The position numbers and the translations under genes were made by a program. The notes under the pieces are model-generated. The model saw nothing but the letters and a program-made list of their open reading frames with translations. It did not search any database and had not been told where the DNA came from. Shown here piece by piece: positions 9,579 through 17,486 of a stretch of DNA of 32,340 bases (positions are counted from its first letter, which is position 1; each line of letters opens with the position of its first letter). The stretch lies in the IMG/VR virus record IMGVR_UViG_3300037787_000006, positions 1-32,340 of that record. One strand, 5' to 3'. Origin of the DNA: a virus (Duplodnaviria; Caudoviricetes).

Positions 9579-10738
9579 CTAAAGGACATAATACGCGGGG
9601 GCTTTTTTGTTACCTAAGCGTTTCATGCTGATATATCTCAGCGCGTCTATGCCGTGATTAAAGGCGTCAATAGGTTTGTTGGTTTTTGCGCCTGTTTTGT
9701 CTGTTTCCCATGTGTATGATCTCAGCTCTTTAATGATATTCAAACTTCGCTGTGTTACGTTCAGGGTGTACTCCTGCAAGATAGCTATACCCGCGTTAAC
9801 GCTGTCTTTGCCTTTGTCGGCTGGGTGTACGTTCAACCCTGCACGCCTTAGCTCCGCTATGCTTTTTGGCTCTGCGCTATCTGCTATAATGTACTTGTTC
9901 TTCAGTAGCCGCGCAATGTCGTTGTTAAGTAGCCCTGTTTGATAGACTACTTCATCAATATAAACCTGCCCATCGTGCCGGTACAAATCAACGGCGGCTG
10001 TTGGGTCGTTGGTAAATCCAAAGTCCAAGCCAGTGCCTAAATATTCAGCACCATCAGGTACCTGTGAAACTTGCCGCCAGTTCTCAAAAACAACACCCTG
10101 CAAACTACCTATCTCCCCAAGTCCGTACACCTGCCACCAGTTGCGCCAGTAGTCGGAGCGTTGCGCCTTTTCTTTGGCGGCTTCTATCTCCGCGCGTATG
10201 GATGGCTCCAGGGCTTCGTTGTCTAAATAGGTGAGCTTTACAAAGTCTGTTTTATCGTTGCCTATTAGCTCGGTGTGTGCCCAAAATTCGCTGGTTGGGT
10301 TGTAGTCTAAATAGATAAACTTTTTTGTCCTGATGGCTAGTTGCTGGTAGGCTTCAAAGGCTACATTGTTGGCTTCGTTGATAAACAGAACATCACGCCT
10401 TGCACCGCGTAGCTTGTCGGGTTGATCTACACTAAAAAATTCAATGTAGCTGCCATTTGTGAAGGTGTATGTTAGGCTGCTTTTGTTAAAGCGTGTATCA
10501 TCCCAATTTTCAGTCCAAAGCATTATCTTTTGAAAGTCGCGCAATGCACCGCGCCTAAGATGTGGTATGCTTTCTGCAACAATGCTAATTTCTGAGGCTT
10601 TGTTTTGAATAGCATATTGGATAAGTATCGGAATGATACTAAACGTTTTTGACGCGCTGGTCAGGTGCCGCCCTGAATGACGCGATGTCTACGTCTCAGG
10701 GCGGCTATCTTTTTTTGTGCTGTTGTTTTTTTAAGCAT
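9579..10738 (-). CDS. terL: terminase large subunit (PBSX-like), interrupted at Walker A by a 5-nt insertion; 384 aa if rejoined
   Basis: ATG 10738 gives MLKKTTAQKKIAALRRRHRVIQGGT-stop. A second frame from 10661 gives TSASKTFSIIPILIQYA...RRGALRDF..., then LRGARRDVLFINEAN (Walker B), DYNP, GLDFG and NHGIDALRY (nuclease). Confidence 0.9.
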
Positions 10739-10871
10739 CTCTCCAAGTGGTATAACATACGGCTAGCCGCTGTTGTTTGTTAGGGTATTCGCTCTGCATG
10801 GTTTCATCTTCCATGCAGCGGCTCATAAAATCATTTTGACTTTCTCCTTCTTTTGCTTTTGGTAGGGGCAT
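10731..10871 (-). CDS. small conserved-type phage protein (46 aa)
   Basis: Manual: MPLPKAKEGESQNDFMSRCMEDETMQSEYPNKQQRLAVCYTTWRDA; its end overlaps the terL start. Confidence 0.75.
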   Translation of the reverse strand: MPLPKAKEGESQNDFMSRCMEDETMQSEYPNKQQRLAVCYTTWRDA

Positions 10872-11232
10872 CGTGATAAGTGTTTACAAGTTGTTGCAAT
10901 TCTTCTGCCAATGTGCGTACACATGGCGCGCAGCTAGTGGCCTTCTTTTTAGTGTTAAAAACGCGGTTGTATATCTGCAAAAGTTGCCGTTGCTGGTCGC
11001 TGGTAATGAATGGGCTTTTGTCTGCAAAGAATTTGCTCAGGTAGATATACTCTTTTTCTGTGAGGCATTGCGTGCCGCGATAAGGGAATAGCTCATTCAG
11101 CTTCTTGCGCCTTTCATTGCATCCGCAGTCTTCACCTGCCAGCCATTTAACGGCTTTGTCTATTCCTGTGGCTTTTGTGGCTTTGGCTATTGTGTCGCCA
11201 ACTCCAACGCTTTTTTTATTCGTTGTTTGCAT
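10831..11232 (-). CDS. Cys-rich hypothetical protein (possible Zn binding)
   Basis: 133 aa; GVGDTIAK...GEDCGCNERR and CAPC motifs. Confidence 0.7.
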   Translation of the reverse strand: MQTTNKKSVGVGDTIAKATKATGIDKAVKWLAGEDCGCNERRKKLNELFPYRGTQCLTEKEYIYLSKFFADKSPFITSDQQRQLLQIYNRVFNTKKKATSCAPCVRTLAEELQQLVNTYHDAPTKSKRRRKSK

Positions 11233-11687
11233 CGTTTAATAGTGTTAAATATCGTAGCTACGCTTATACCGGTGTCTTCGGCTAGCGTTCTCATGCTTAC
11301 TTCTTGGTCGTATTTTCGGCTCAGGTTAAAATACAAATCTAGCAGTTTTGCATCAAACCAATGAAAACGCGCTAAGGTGATGTGTATTGCTTCAATTTGC
11401 CTATCTGTAAAGGTTTGCTCATGTATTAGCATTTCGGCTAATTGTAGGCCGTCTAAATCGGTGTGCGGCTTGTTCTTGCGGCTGTGGTCGAGCGCGGTGT
11501 TGCGTACTATAAAAAAAAACAAGCCCTCAGTTATTGGCTTGTTCTTATTATTGGTGCTCCATTCTATAAGCTTTATGTAGCTATCTTGAACCACGTCTTC
11601 CGCCATATCTTGCGCGCCATATTTAAGCGCAACCGTTACCCATGAAGCGTGCTTTTTGTGTAGCTGTATGATCTCATTCTGGCACAT
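11187..11687 (-). CDS. sigma70/ECF-like RNA polymerase sigma factor
   Basis: 166 aa; region-2-like AEDVVQDSYIKL...VRNTALDHSRK and region-4 HTH SMRTLAEDTGISVATIFNTI. Confidence 0.8.
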   Translation of the reverse strand: MCQNEIIQLHKKHASWVTVALKYGAQDMAEDVVQDSYIKLIEWSTNNKNKPITEGLFFFIVRNTALDHSRKNKPHTDLDGLQLAEMLIHEQTFTDRQIEAIHITLARFHWFDAKLLDLYFNLSRKYDQEVSMRTLAEDTGISVATIFNTIKRCKQRIKKALELATQ

Positions 11688-11982
11688 CTAAATCAATCGG
11701 GGTGAAGATTGGCGTTTCGCTTTTGATGTTCGCGTTTACTTGTTGGGTTGCCTTACCGAAGGCACGGTCAAGAAGCACCTCAGCGGCACGCACATCGCCT
11801 TTAACGGCTTTTGCCCTGAGTGCTTTTAACACGGCTTCTAGTGCCTGCATTCCGTCTTTCTCATCTGCTAGCACCTTTGCCATTGCTTCGCGTATATCAG
11901 GCAGCTTTGGGCGGCCTTTGCGGTTGATGTTCTGCGGGCGTTTGTCAAAGCCCTTGCCAATTATGTTTTCGGGTTTAGGCAT
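11674..11982 (-). CDS. terS: terminase small subunit
   Basis: 102 aa; NRKGRPK, KAVKGDVRAA, LDRAFGK motifs (DUF5681-like); upstream of terL. Confidence 0.7.
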   Translation of the reverse strand: MPKPENIIGKGFDKRPQNINRKGRPKLPDIREAMAKVLADEKDGMQALEAVLKALRAKAVKGDVRAAEVLLDRAFGKATQQVNANIKSETPIFTPIDLDVPE

Positions 11983-13093
11983 AATCTTTACCGTTGCGTT
12001 TTATCTTTAAATCAGGGTCAAGCTTACGCATTCTGTCAATAATCACTTGGCAGTACTTGGGGTCTAATTCCATGCCGTAGCACTTGCGGTTGAGTTGGTG
12101 TGCGGCTACCATTGTGGAGCCTGAGCCTAAAAAAGTGTCTAAAATTAAATTAACTTTTCCTGCCCATTCAATACAAAAACGCATAACTTCTAAAGGTTTT
12201 TGTGTTGGGTGTACGCTGCCTTGTAACGCTGCTCTGTTTACTGTAACCGACCTTAATGGCTTATCTTCTGATGTCCAAGCCAGCTCTCCATCGCTCATTG
12301 TTAAACCGTCTTGTCCTTTGCTCCAATATATCCACCCTCTTTTTGCTGGCAATAAATCGGCAAAATAATTACCACCCCATATTATAGCAACATTAGTAAA
12401 AGAAAGTATTAAATCAAAGGTGTTTTTTTCGGGTCTTTCATTATCCCAACCTCTAAACTCATGGGCTTTTCTATTGTGTTTTGGGTTTTTAGCAATGCTT
12501 TCTTTTTGTCCATCAATGCCTAACCCATACGGTGGGTCGGTTAGTAATAGGTTTGCCTTCTCACCATTCATCAACTTTGCCACAGCATCACTATCCGTAC
12601 TATCCCCACAAAGCAACCTATGCTCACCAATCTCAAACAAATCGCCAAGCACAATATCCGTCTGAACCTCATCAGGCATTTCATAGTCATCCTCCGCAGC
12701 TTCTAACACCTCAGGCTCTTCAAAACCCGGAACATCCAAACCCCATGCCTCCAACTGCTCAACATCCCAATCAGCCTGCAATTCATCCCACGCCCACTCA
12801 CCAAAGCCAACGTTATCTTTAATCAAAAACTCCGCTTTCTGTTCCTCAGTCCAATCGTCTGCAAGTACCACAGGCAGCTCTTTAAGTCCAAGCTCTTTAG
12901 CTGCTTTTAAGCGCATATTACCACCAAGTACAACCACTTTGCCGTCTTTATCGGTAAAGCATACCAGCGGCCTTTTATTAAGCATATCCGGGAAGTCCTG
13001 AATGCTCTGCTTAAGCTTCTCAAACTTCTCATCCCGAATAACGCGAGGGTTCTTCGGGTTGGGTTTGATCTGTGTTATGGGTAATATCTGCAT
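11975..13093 (-). CDS. ParB-N domain / N6-N4 DNA methyltransferase fusion
   Basis: 372 aa; NPKNPR and GGNMRLKA (ParB-like), HRLLCGDS, TDPPY, HPTQKP, DTFLGSGST. Confidence 0.9.
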   Translation of the reverse strand: MQILPITQIKPNPKNPRVIRDEKFEKLKQSIQDFPDMLNKRPLVCFTDKDGKVVVLGGNMRLKAAKELGLKELPVVLADDWTEEQKAEFLIKDNVGFGEWAWDELQADWDVEQLEAWGLDVPGFEEPEVLEAAEDDYEMPDEVQTDIVLGDLFEIGEHRLLCGDSTDSDAVAKLMNGEKANLLLTDPPYGLGIDGQKESIAKNPKHNRKAHEFRGWDNERPEKNTFDLILSFTNVAIIWGGNYFADLLPAKRGWIYWSKGQDGLTMSDGELAWTSEDKPLRSVTVNRAALQGSVHPTQKPLEVMRFCIEWAGKVNLILDTFLGSGSTMVAAHQLNRKCYGMELDPKYCQVIIDRMRKLDPDLKIKRNGKDYA

Positions 13094-13109
13094 CGTTGTT
13101 CTGTCGTTG

Positions 13110-13274
13110 TTACATCCACTTCACCACGTTCCGGAGCTTCTCGCCTGTTTTGGTGCTATAAAAAGCATCTTCATAGGCATCGTAGCTTGCCTCATCAAAG
13201 TACACCTCATCAAAGTTTTCGCGCTTGGTCATTACGCGCTGGCGGTGTGCTGGTTTTTGCTCGTCTATTGTCAT
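13110..13274 (-). CDS. small hypothetical protein (54 aa)
   Basis: Manual: MTIDEQKPAHRQRVMTKRENFDEVYFDEASYDAYEDAFYSTKTGEKLRNVVKWM; ATGA-coupled to the upstream ORF. Confidence 0.55.
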   Translation of the reverse strand: MTIDEQKPAHRQRVMTKRENFDEVYFDEASYDAYEDAFYSTKTGEKLRNVVKWM

Positions 13275-13441
13275 ACGGCGTGCCATTGTTTAGGGTTTAA
13301 CCCTGTGCGCTTTGTGGCTTCTGCTACTGCGTGCGGGTATGCTTCATCAGCGGGTAGCCCTGTAACATCTACTAAAATTGCGGGTGCTTTCTTTCGCCCT
13401 TGTGTAAATGTAATTGCAATGTTCTTCTGTGTGGTCTTCAT
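13271..13441 (-). CDS. small hypothetical protein (56 aa)
   Basis: Manual: MKTTQKNIAITFTQGRKKAPAILVDVTGLPADEAYPHAVAEATKRTGLNPKQWHAV. Confidence 0.55.
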   Translation of the reverse strand: MKTTQKNIAITFTQGRKKAPAILVDVTGLPADEAYPHAVAEATKRTGLNPKQWHAV

Positions 13442-13443
13442 GC

Positions 13444-13707
13444 TTACAAATGTAACAAATCTATTTTTTCAGAAAATGATATTTCGCGGTTGTAAATAAC
13501 CTCGCCTAATAAGCCCATTTCTTTCTTGCGGTACTCTTCATTCCTTCGTTCTTGTCTAAGCGTGCTCATGCCCCTCAAATCGTTTCGTAAGGCGTCATAC
13601 TCAGCAAGGTGTGCGGGGCAAAGATAATACCATTTGCCGGATGTTGTTTTCTTGGCTCTGCCTGCTATCTTACGCTGGCAGTTTTGATGTTCACAGTGGT
13701 TTTTCAC
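13444..13707 (-). CDS. hypothetical protein, possible Zn finger
   Basis: 87 aa; CEHQNC...CPAH. Confidence 0.6.
   Translation of the reverse strand: MKNHCEHQNCQRKIAGRAKKTTSGKWYYLCPAHLAEYDALRNDLRGMSTLRQERRNEEYRKKEMGLLGEVIYNREISFSEKIDLLHL
13447..13454 (-). promoter_or_regulatory. possible Bacteroidota -7 promoter element
   Basis: TACATTTG, 5 nt before ATG 13441. Confidence 0.35.
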
Positions 13708-13895
13708 AGCTTCACCCTCCCATCTTTAACGAGGTTTTGTAGTTCGGTCATGCTTAGCTTTACTGCATCTTTGATAGGCACAAATTTAACCTCATCAGGG
13801 CTGGCCTCAAAAATGATATACAGCCCTTTGTCGGTGCGTAATAGTGTGCCGCGGTCAATGTGTACCCGGAGGTTATTAGGTGTTGTTACGACCAT
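13704..13895 (-). CDS. hypothetical protein
   Basis: 63 aa; overlaps neighbours in an operon-like way. Confidence 0.6.
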   Translation of the reverse strand: MVVTTPNNLRVHIDRGTLLRTDKGLYIIFEASPDEVKFVPIKDAVKLSMTELQNLVKDGRVKL

Positions 13896-14068
13896 ATCAA
13901 AAGATGCGTTTTGTTATCAATTACATTAAACTTTTGTAATTGATTAGGTATCTTATACAAGAAATTACGAGCTTCTTGGTTGCTCATCTCATCCATACCA
14001 ATAACGGCATACTTGTCAGTTTCGAATAACCATTTTCTAATTTCTCTGATTGTCATTTGTAGTTGCAT
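13886..14068 (-). CDS. hypothetical protein
   Basis: 60 aa; preceded by a -7 promoter and the AAACGCT leader. Confidence 0.65.
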   Translation of the reverse strand: MQLQMTIREIRKWLFETDKYAVIGMDEMSNQEARNFLYKIPNQLQKFNVIDNKTHLLIWS

Positions 14069-14092
14069 GATATCAGCGTTTTAATTATGGTA

Positions 14093-14120
14093 CAAATATA
14101 AAACAAAATATTAATACAAA
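14093..14120 (-). promoter_or_regulatory. Bacteroidota housekeeping-type early promoter
   Basis: TTTG...TTTTGTTTTATATTTG; TAnnTTTG at 14093-14100. Confidence 0.7.
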
Positions 14121-14140
14121 GCAAGGGTTATAAATATTTT

Positions 14141-14479
14141 TTACATCTCTTCAATTATGCGTTCTAACTCTTCTATCCTGCTGCGCGCTGCCCTGAGTAA
14201 AGCTACGTTATTTTTGTGTGCTGCTTGGTGTTGCTCTAAGGTGTAAAGGCACGCAGAAAAAAGCTCTTCCATTTTTTTGATAAAGTCGGCTCGCTCTAGG
14301 TGTTTTAACCCCGCACCACTGCGCCCGCTTTCTATGGCTTTGCGGCCTTCTACGGTCATCTCCATGTATATGGTTGTGGCCTGAATGCAAGCTTCTTGGC
14401 TTCGGTGCGTTAATGGCATACCATCGCTTTCTGGATAGCTGATCTCAAAATACATCTTCTTGGGTGTTCGTGTCGTCAT
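14141..14479 (-). CDS. hypothetical protein
   Basis: 112 aa, helical; follows the helicase. Confidence 0.6.
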   Translation of the reverse strand: MTTRTPKKMYFEISYPESDGMPLTHRSQEACIQATTIYMEMTVEGRKAIESGRSGAGLKHLERADFIKKMEELFSACLYTLEQHQAAHKNNVALLRAARSRIEELERIIEEM

Positions 14480-15356
14480 AAAATTGGCTTTTAGAATTGT
14501 TCCACATTAAAGAGGCGCGGCCTTTGGTGCCATAACCGCGCGGTTTCGACTTTTGGACAAATATCCACGTTTCGTTTTCAGCGCAACCGAATACCAGCGC
14601 GTTTGGCCGGTACACTAGCATGATACTGTAACCACGCCTAAACCACATCTGCCCTCCGTACATTTGGGTTGGGTTAGGTATAGGGTCATAGGTCGTTTGC
14701 TTTTCGCGGTCAAATATTGGCTTTATTTCGTTGGTATGGTTTAGCACTATGGTTGTCATCTTATTGGCTTTGTCGTGCTCTCTCATAGTACCTAATGCCT
14801 CGGATACGCTAACGTGAAGCTGTTGGTGGTCAATGCTTATTTCTGCCCACGGATCAATTAGGCAAGTATCTAAGCTAAACTCGCTTTCATTTGCTATATC
14901 GTGAACGTGCTGGTAGTAGGCCTCAAGTGTTATTTGCTTTGGGAAGTCAGGCGTATCGGCAATGTAAAAATGCTCCCTGATAAAGTTGTAAGCATCTTCA
15001 AATTCAGCGTGCGTCATCGCAAATAAATTCACCTGCTCTTTGTCCTTCATCAAGCGTACATCTTTGCCGGTATAAATGCAAAGCAATGTTTCTAACACCT
15101 CAGCTCCTGAGCCAGTTTCAGGCGAATAAATAAAATGCTTTTTGCCATAGGTGCGAGATAGGTTTATCAGCATCTGAAAGATAAAATACGTTTTACCTGA
15201 ATAGGGCAAGCCGTAAATTATAAGCGGGTAGCCTTGTTTAAATTGGTAGTACTCATCTAGCGATTGAAAGCCAGTTAATAAACCTGCTGTTTGCGCCTCA
15301 TTGCGTATAACCTCTAGTTCTCCACGGTAGCGGTCTATGTTAATCATCGGCTTCAT
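14445..15356 (-). CDS. DnaB-like / SF4 replicative helicase
   Basis: 303 aa; TGFQSLD, Walker A GLPYSGKT, YSPE, Walker B CLIDP; follows the initiator. Confidence 0.75.
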   Translation of the reverse strand: MKPMINIDRYRGELEVIRNEAQTAGLLTGFQSLDEYYQFKQGYPLIIYGLPYSGKTYFIFQMLINLSRTYGKKHFIYSPETGSGAEVLETLLCIYTGKDVRLMKDKEQVNLFAMTHAEFEDAYNFIREHFYIADTPDFPKQITLEAYYQHVHDIANESEFSLDTCLIDPWAEISIDHQQLHVSVSEALGTMREHDKANKMTTIVLNHTNEIKPIFDREKQTTYDPIPNPTQMYGGQMWFRRGYSIMLVYRPNALVFGCAENETWIFVQKSKPRGYGTKGRASLMWNNSKSQFYDDTNTQEDVF

Positions 15357-16005
15357 CTTTTATGCTTTGCTCAATCTGTCCCATTGTTGCCTCGTATTGG
15401 CCTAAGATACGCCTGCGGTTATCAGCCTGCCATGCTTTGAGTTCGTCTGGGTCTGTTGGCATTGTTTCTATCAGCGTGCGGGCTTTTGGTTTCGCATCTT
15501 TTTGTAGCCAGTTGCGGCAGGTAGTCATCAGGTTTCTGTACTTAGTGTTTCCGCTGTAATTTTCTACCGCATCTAGGGTGTTATCTATCTGCTCCTTTGA
15601 GTAGCCTAAATCAAGCAATGCCTGAAAATCTGAAAAAGAAAGGGAGAGATGCGCGAAAGCGCGATAGGCTTTTTGCCCTTGTCCTTTCTCTTGTTCTTTA
15701 TCTTTCTCTTTATCTTGTTCGGAGGTACCTCGGGGGGGTATGCTTGGCGTACCCTTAGCAGTATCCTTAGGGGGTACCTCTGAGGCTTTTGTGGTTTTTT
15801 TGCCAGCCTTATAACCTTCTAATTGGCGCACAATACTGTGTTTTTGGCTCATTAGGGCAAATTTTGCCATACCTTTAAGCTTCTTTGGTTCCTTACCTGT
15901 AAACTGCCAATCTAATAAAGCCTGAATAAAAATTAATTTTTCTGCATCAGGTAACTCTAAAAAAACCTCGTAGTAACTTCTATAAAAATTGAATGCTTTT
16001 CTCAT
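15340..16005 (-). CDS. putative replication initiator (DUF6291-like N-terminus)
   Basis: 221 aa; MRKAFNFYRSYYE N-terminus, KDKEKDKE linker, KYRN...RNW C-terminal domain; upstream of the helicase. Confidence 0.7.
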   Translation of the reverse strand: MRKAFNFYRSYYEVFLELPDAEKLIFIQALLDWQFTGKEPKKLKGMAKFALMSQKHSIVRQLEGYKAGKKTTKASEVPPKDTAKGTPSIPPRGTSEQDKEKDKEQEKGQGQKAYRAFAHLSLSFSDFQALLDLGYSKEQIDNTLDAVENYSGNTKYRNLMTTCRNWLQKDAKPKARTLIETMPTDPDELKAWQADNRRRILGQYEATMGQIEQSIKDEADD

Positions 16006-16015
16006 TTCGTTGTAT

Positions 16016-16120
16016 AAAAAAACCCTTTAGGTTTCCCGGTGCAGCGGTACTCCCTAAAGGGTTCTTGTTTAACTAAAATCTTCTCACGGCCTGCACTCCG
16101 TGTCTGCCATTGCAGCGGTT
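16016..16120 (-). promoter_or_regulatory. structured 5' leader / attenuator of the replication operon
   Basis: Hairpin CACGG-AGTGCAGG-CCGTG, then 11-bp hairpin AACCCTTTAGG/CCTAAAGGGTT ending in a T7 tract; the two loops are complementary. Confidence 0.6.
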
Positions 16121-16128
16121 CAAAGATA
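16121..16128 (-). promoter_or_regulatory. Bacteroidota -7 promoter element
   Basis: TATCTTTG preceded by a T-tract. Confidence 0.6.
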
Positions 16129-16134
16129 AAAAAA

Positions 16135-16341
16135 TCATTTCTTACGCGCAAAGATGCGCCTTATAACATATCCTCGTAAAATGCTTGCAGCAAAGAATAC
16201 AAAGGTTATGATTACATTTTCACCCAGTGTTACGGCAATGCCCAAGGTAGGGTAAATTACAAGTTGAATGCAGAAGCTAACCAATAGCCCCACCACCGTA
16301 TTAACCACGGCTTCAATAAATGATAGTTTTTTGCTTTGCAT
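16135..16341 (-). CDS. small two-TM membrane protein
   Basis: 68 aa; MQSKKLSFIEAVVNTVVG...RGYVIRRIF, a type I recall often lying next to phage methyltransferases. Confidence 0.75.
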   Translation of the reverse strand: MQSKKLSFIEAVVNTVVGLLVSFCIQLVIYPTLGIAVTLGENVIITFVFFAASILRGYVIRRIFARKK

Positions 16342-16354
16342 AATGTAAAGGTTA

Positions 16355-16430
16355 AAAGTTAGGCGGGTTTAAAATCTCTGAAATCAGATTATTTTTTTAA
16401 GTTAATAATTTGATTATCCCGCCTAACTTT
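16355..16430. repeat. long intergenic inverted repeat
   Basis: AAAGTTAGGCGGG (16355-16367) / CCCGCCTAACTTT (16418-16430), with inner AATCAGATTATT/AATAATTTGATT. Confidence 0.8.
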
Positions 16431-16435
16431 ATTTT

Positions 16436-17485
16436 TTAAAATAGTGTGTTTTGCTGTTCAGCGTAAAACCTATTCTCAGCTTCTTTTAAGTTGAGCAAAG
16501 CTTGCTTGTAATAGCTATCTTTTAGCTCAATGCCTATGCCCTTACGGCCTAAACTTACAGGGCTGTAAACCTCAGAGCCAACGCCCATAAAAGGCGATAA
16601 AACTACTTCGTTTGGGTTAGAATACAAAACCACTAAACGGTCAATCACGTCAAGCTGCAAGGCGTGAACGTGCTTTTCGTCATCCTCTTCTTTGCTATCT
16701 TTAAAAGGCAATACATTTTCATTTCGTATGTCATCCCAAACACTAGAAGCGTAACGCCTCCACATTATATGACTAGCCTTGTTTTCTTTGTGATCTCCTC
16801 TAAAGTCCTTGTATTTTGCTAAAATATTAGCCCATACTTTATCGTAGTCATCTAAGTCAGTGCCTATTGCATCCAGCTTAACTGGCATACCTTTTAAGCT
16901 TCGATACGTTTCAGGTGCTATCGGGTTAGCTCCAAAATAAGGGTAAACATTTAAGCCGTGCTCATGCGTTACTGGCACCTTGTTTTCACCTGCTTTTTTA
17001 AACACTAAAATGTAGTCAGGTTGAGCTGTAAAACATTCGGTGCTATCTTCAACTATTAGCTTATGCATTAACGAACGCACCATAGTTCTAAGCCTTACCT
17101 TTAGTGGTTCCTTCCAAACTGTAATACGGTTGCAAAAGTGAAAACCATATTTTTCATGAAGTCTAATAATCTCATGTGGAAAGTCCCAAAGAAAATTTTT
17201 AGTAACATTAGTTAACACATCCTGACAATGTACTGCCGTAAGCCTTCCTGGCTTTGTGATGCGTGCAATTTCTTTTATTAAAAATTCATATTGCACTAAA
17301 AAATCTTCTTTGGTTTCGCAGTTGCTCATGTCGTGAATGTCGCTGCTATATTCGTATAGCCCTGCAAAAGGTGGCGAATAAACGCTAAAGTCAATACTAT
17401 TGCTTTTTAGTGCAGACGTTACCTCAACGCAATCACCATTGTAAACGCTGTATTTCTCCGTGTGTAGTTGGTTCTTAACTTTCAT
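16436..17485 (-). CDS. N4/N6 DNA methyltransferase
   Basis: 349 aa; YNGDC, SPPF, KHVHALQLDVI, SPFMGVGSE, GIELK. Confidence 0.9.
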   Translation of the reverse strand: MKVKNQLHTEKYSVYNGDCVEVTSALKSNSIDFSVYSPPFAGLYEYSSDIHDMSNCETKEDFLVQYEFLIKEIARITKPGRLTAVHCQDVLTNVTKNFLWDFPHEIIRLHEKYGFHFCNRITVWKEPLKVRLRTMVRSLMHKLIVEDSTECFTAQPDYILVFKKAGENKVPVTHEHGLNVYPYFGANPIAPETYRSLKGMPVKLDAIGTDLDDYDKVWANILAKYKDFRGDHKENKASHIMWRRYASSVWDDIRNENVLPFKDSKEEDDEKHVHALQLDVIDRLVVLYSNPNEVVLSPFMGVGSEVYSPVSLGRKGIGIELKDSYYKQALLNLKEAENRFYAEQQNTLF

Positions 17486-17486
17486 T

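Noticed and set aside
9579-10544. Track start (TTG 10544) as the true terL start
   Set aside because: It would omit Walker A; the terminase-like frame extends upstream to 10661.
10661-10663. TGA reassignment or read-through (alternative genetic code) in terL
   Set aside because: Read-through stays in the wrong frame (PARQKRLV...), and TGA, TAG and TAA all act as normal stops elsewhere, including many ATGA overlaps.
10659-10680. Simple -1 frameshift to rescue terL
   Set aside because: There is no X XXY YYZ slippery heptamer, and a -1 shift would add two residues inside Walker A; a +5 hop restores it exactly. Disfavoured, not formally excluded.
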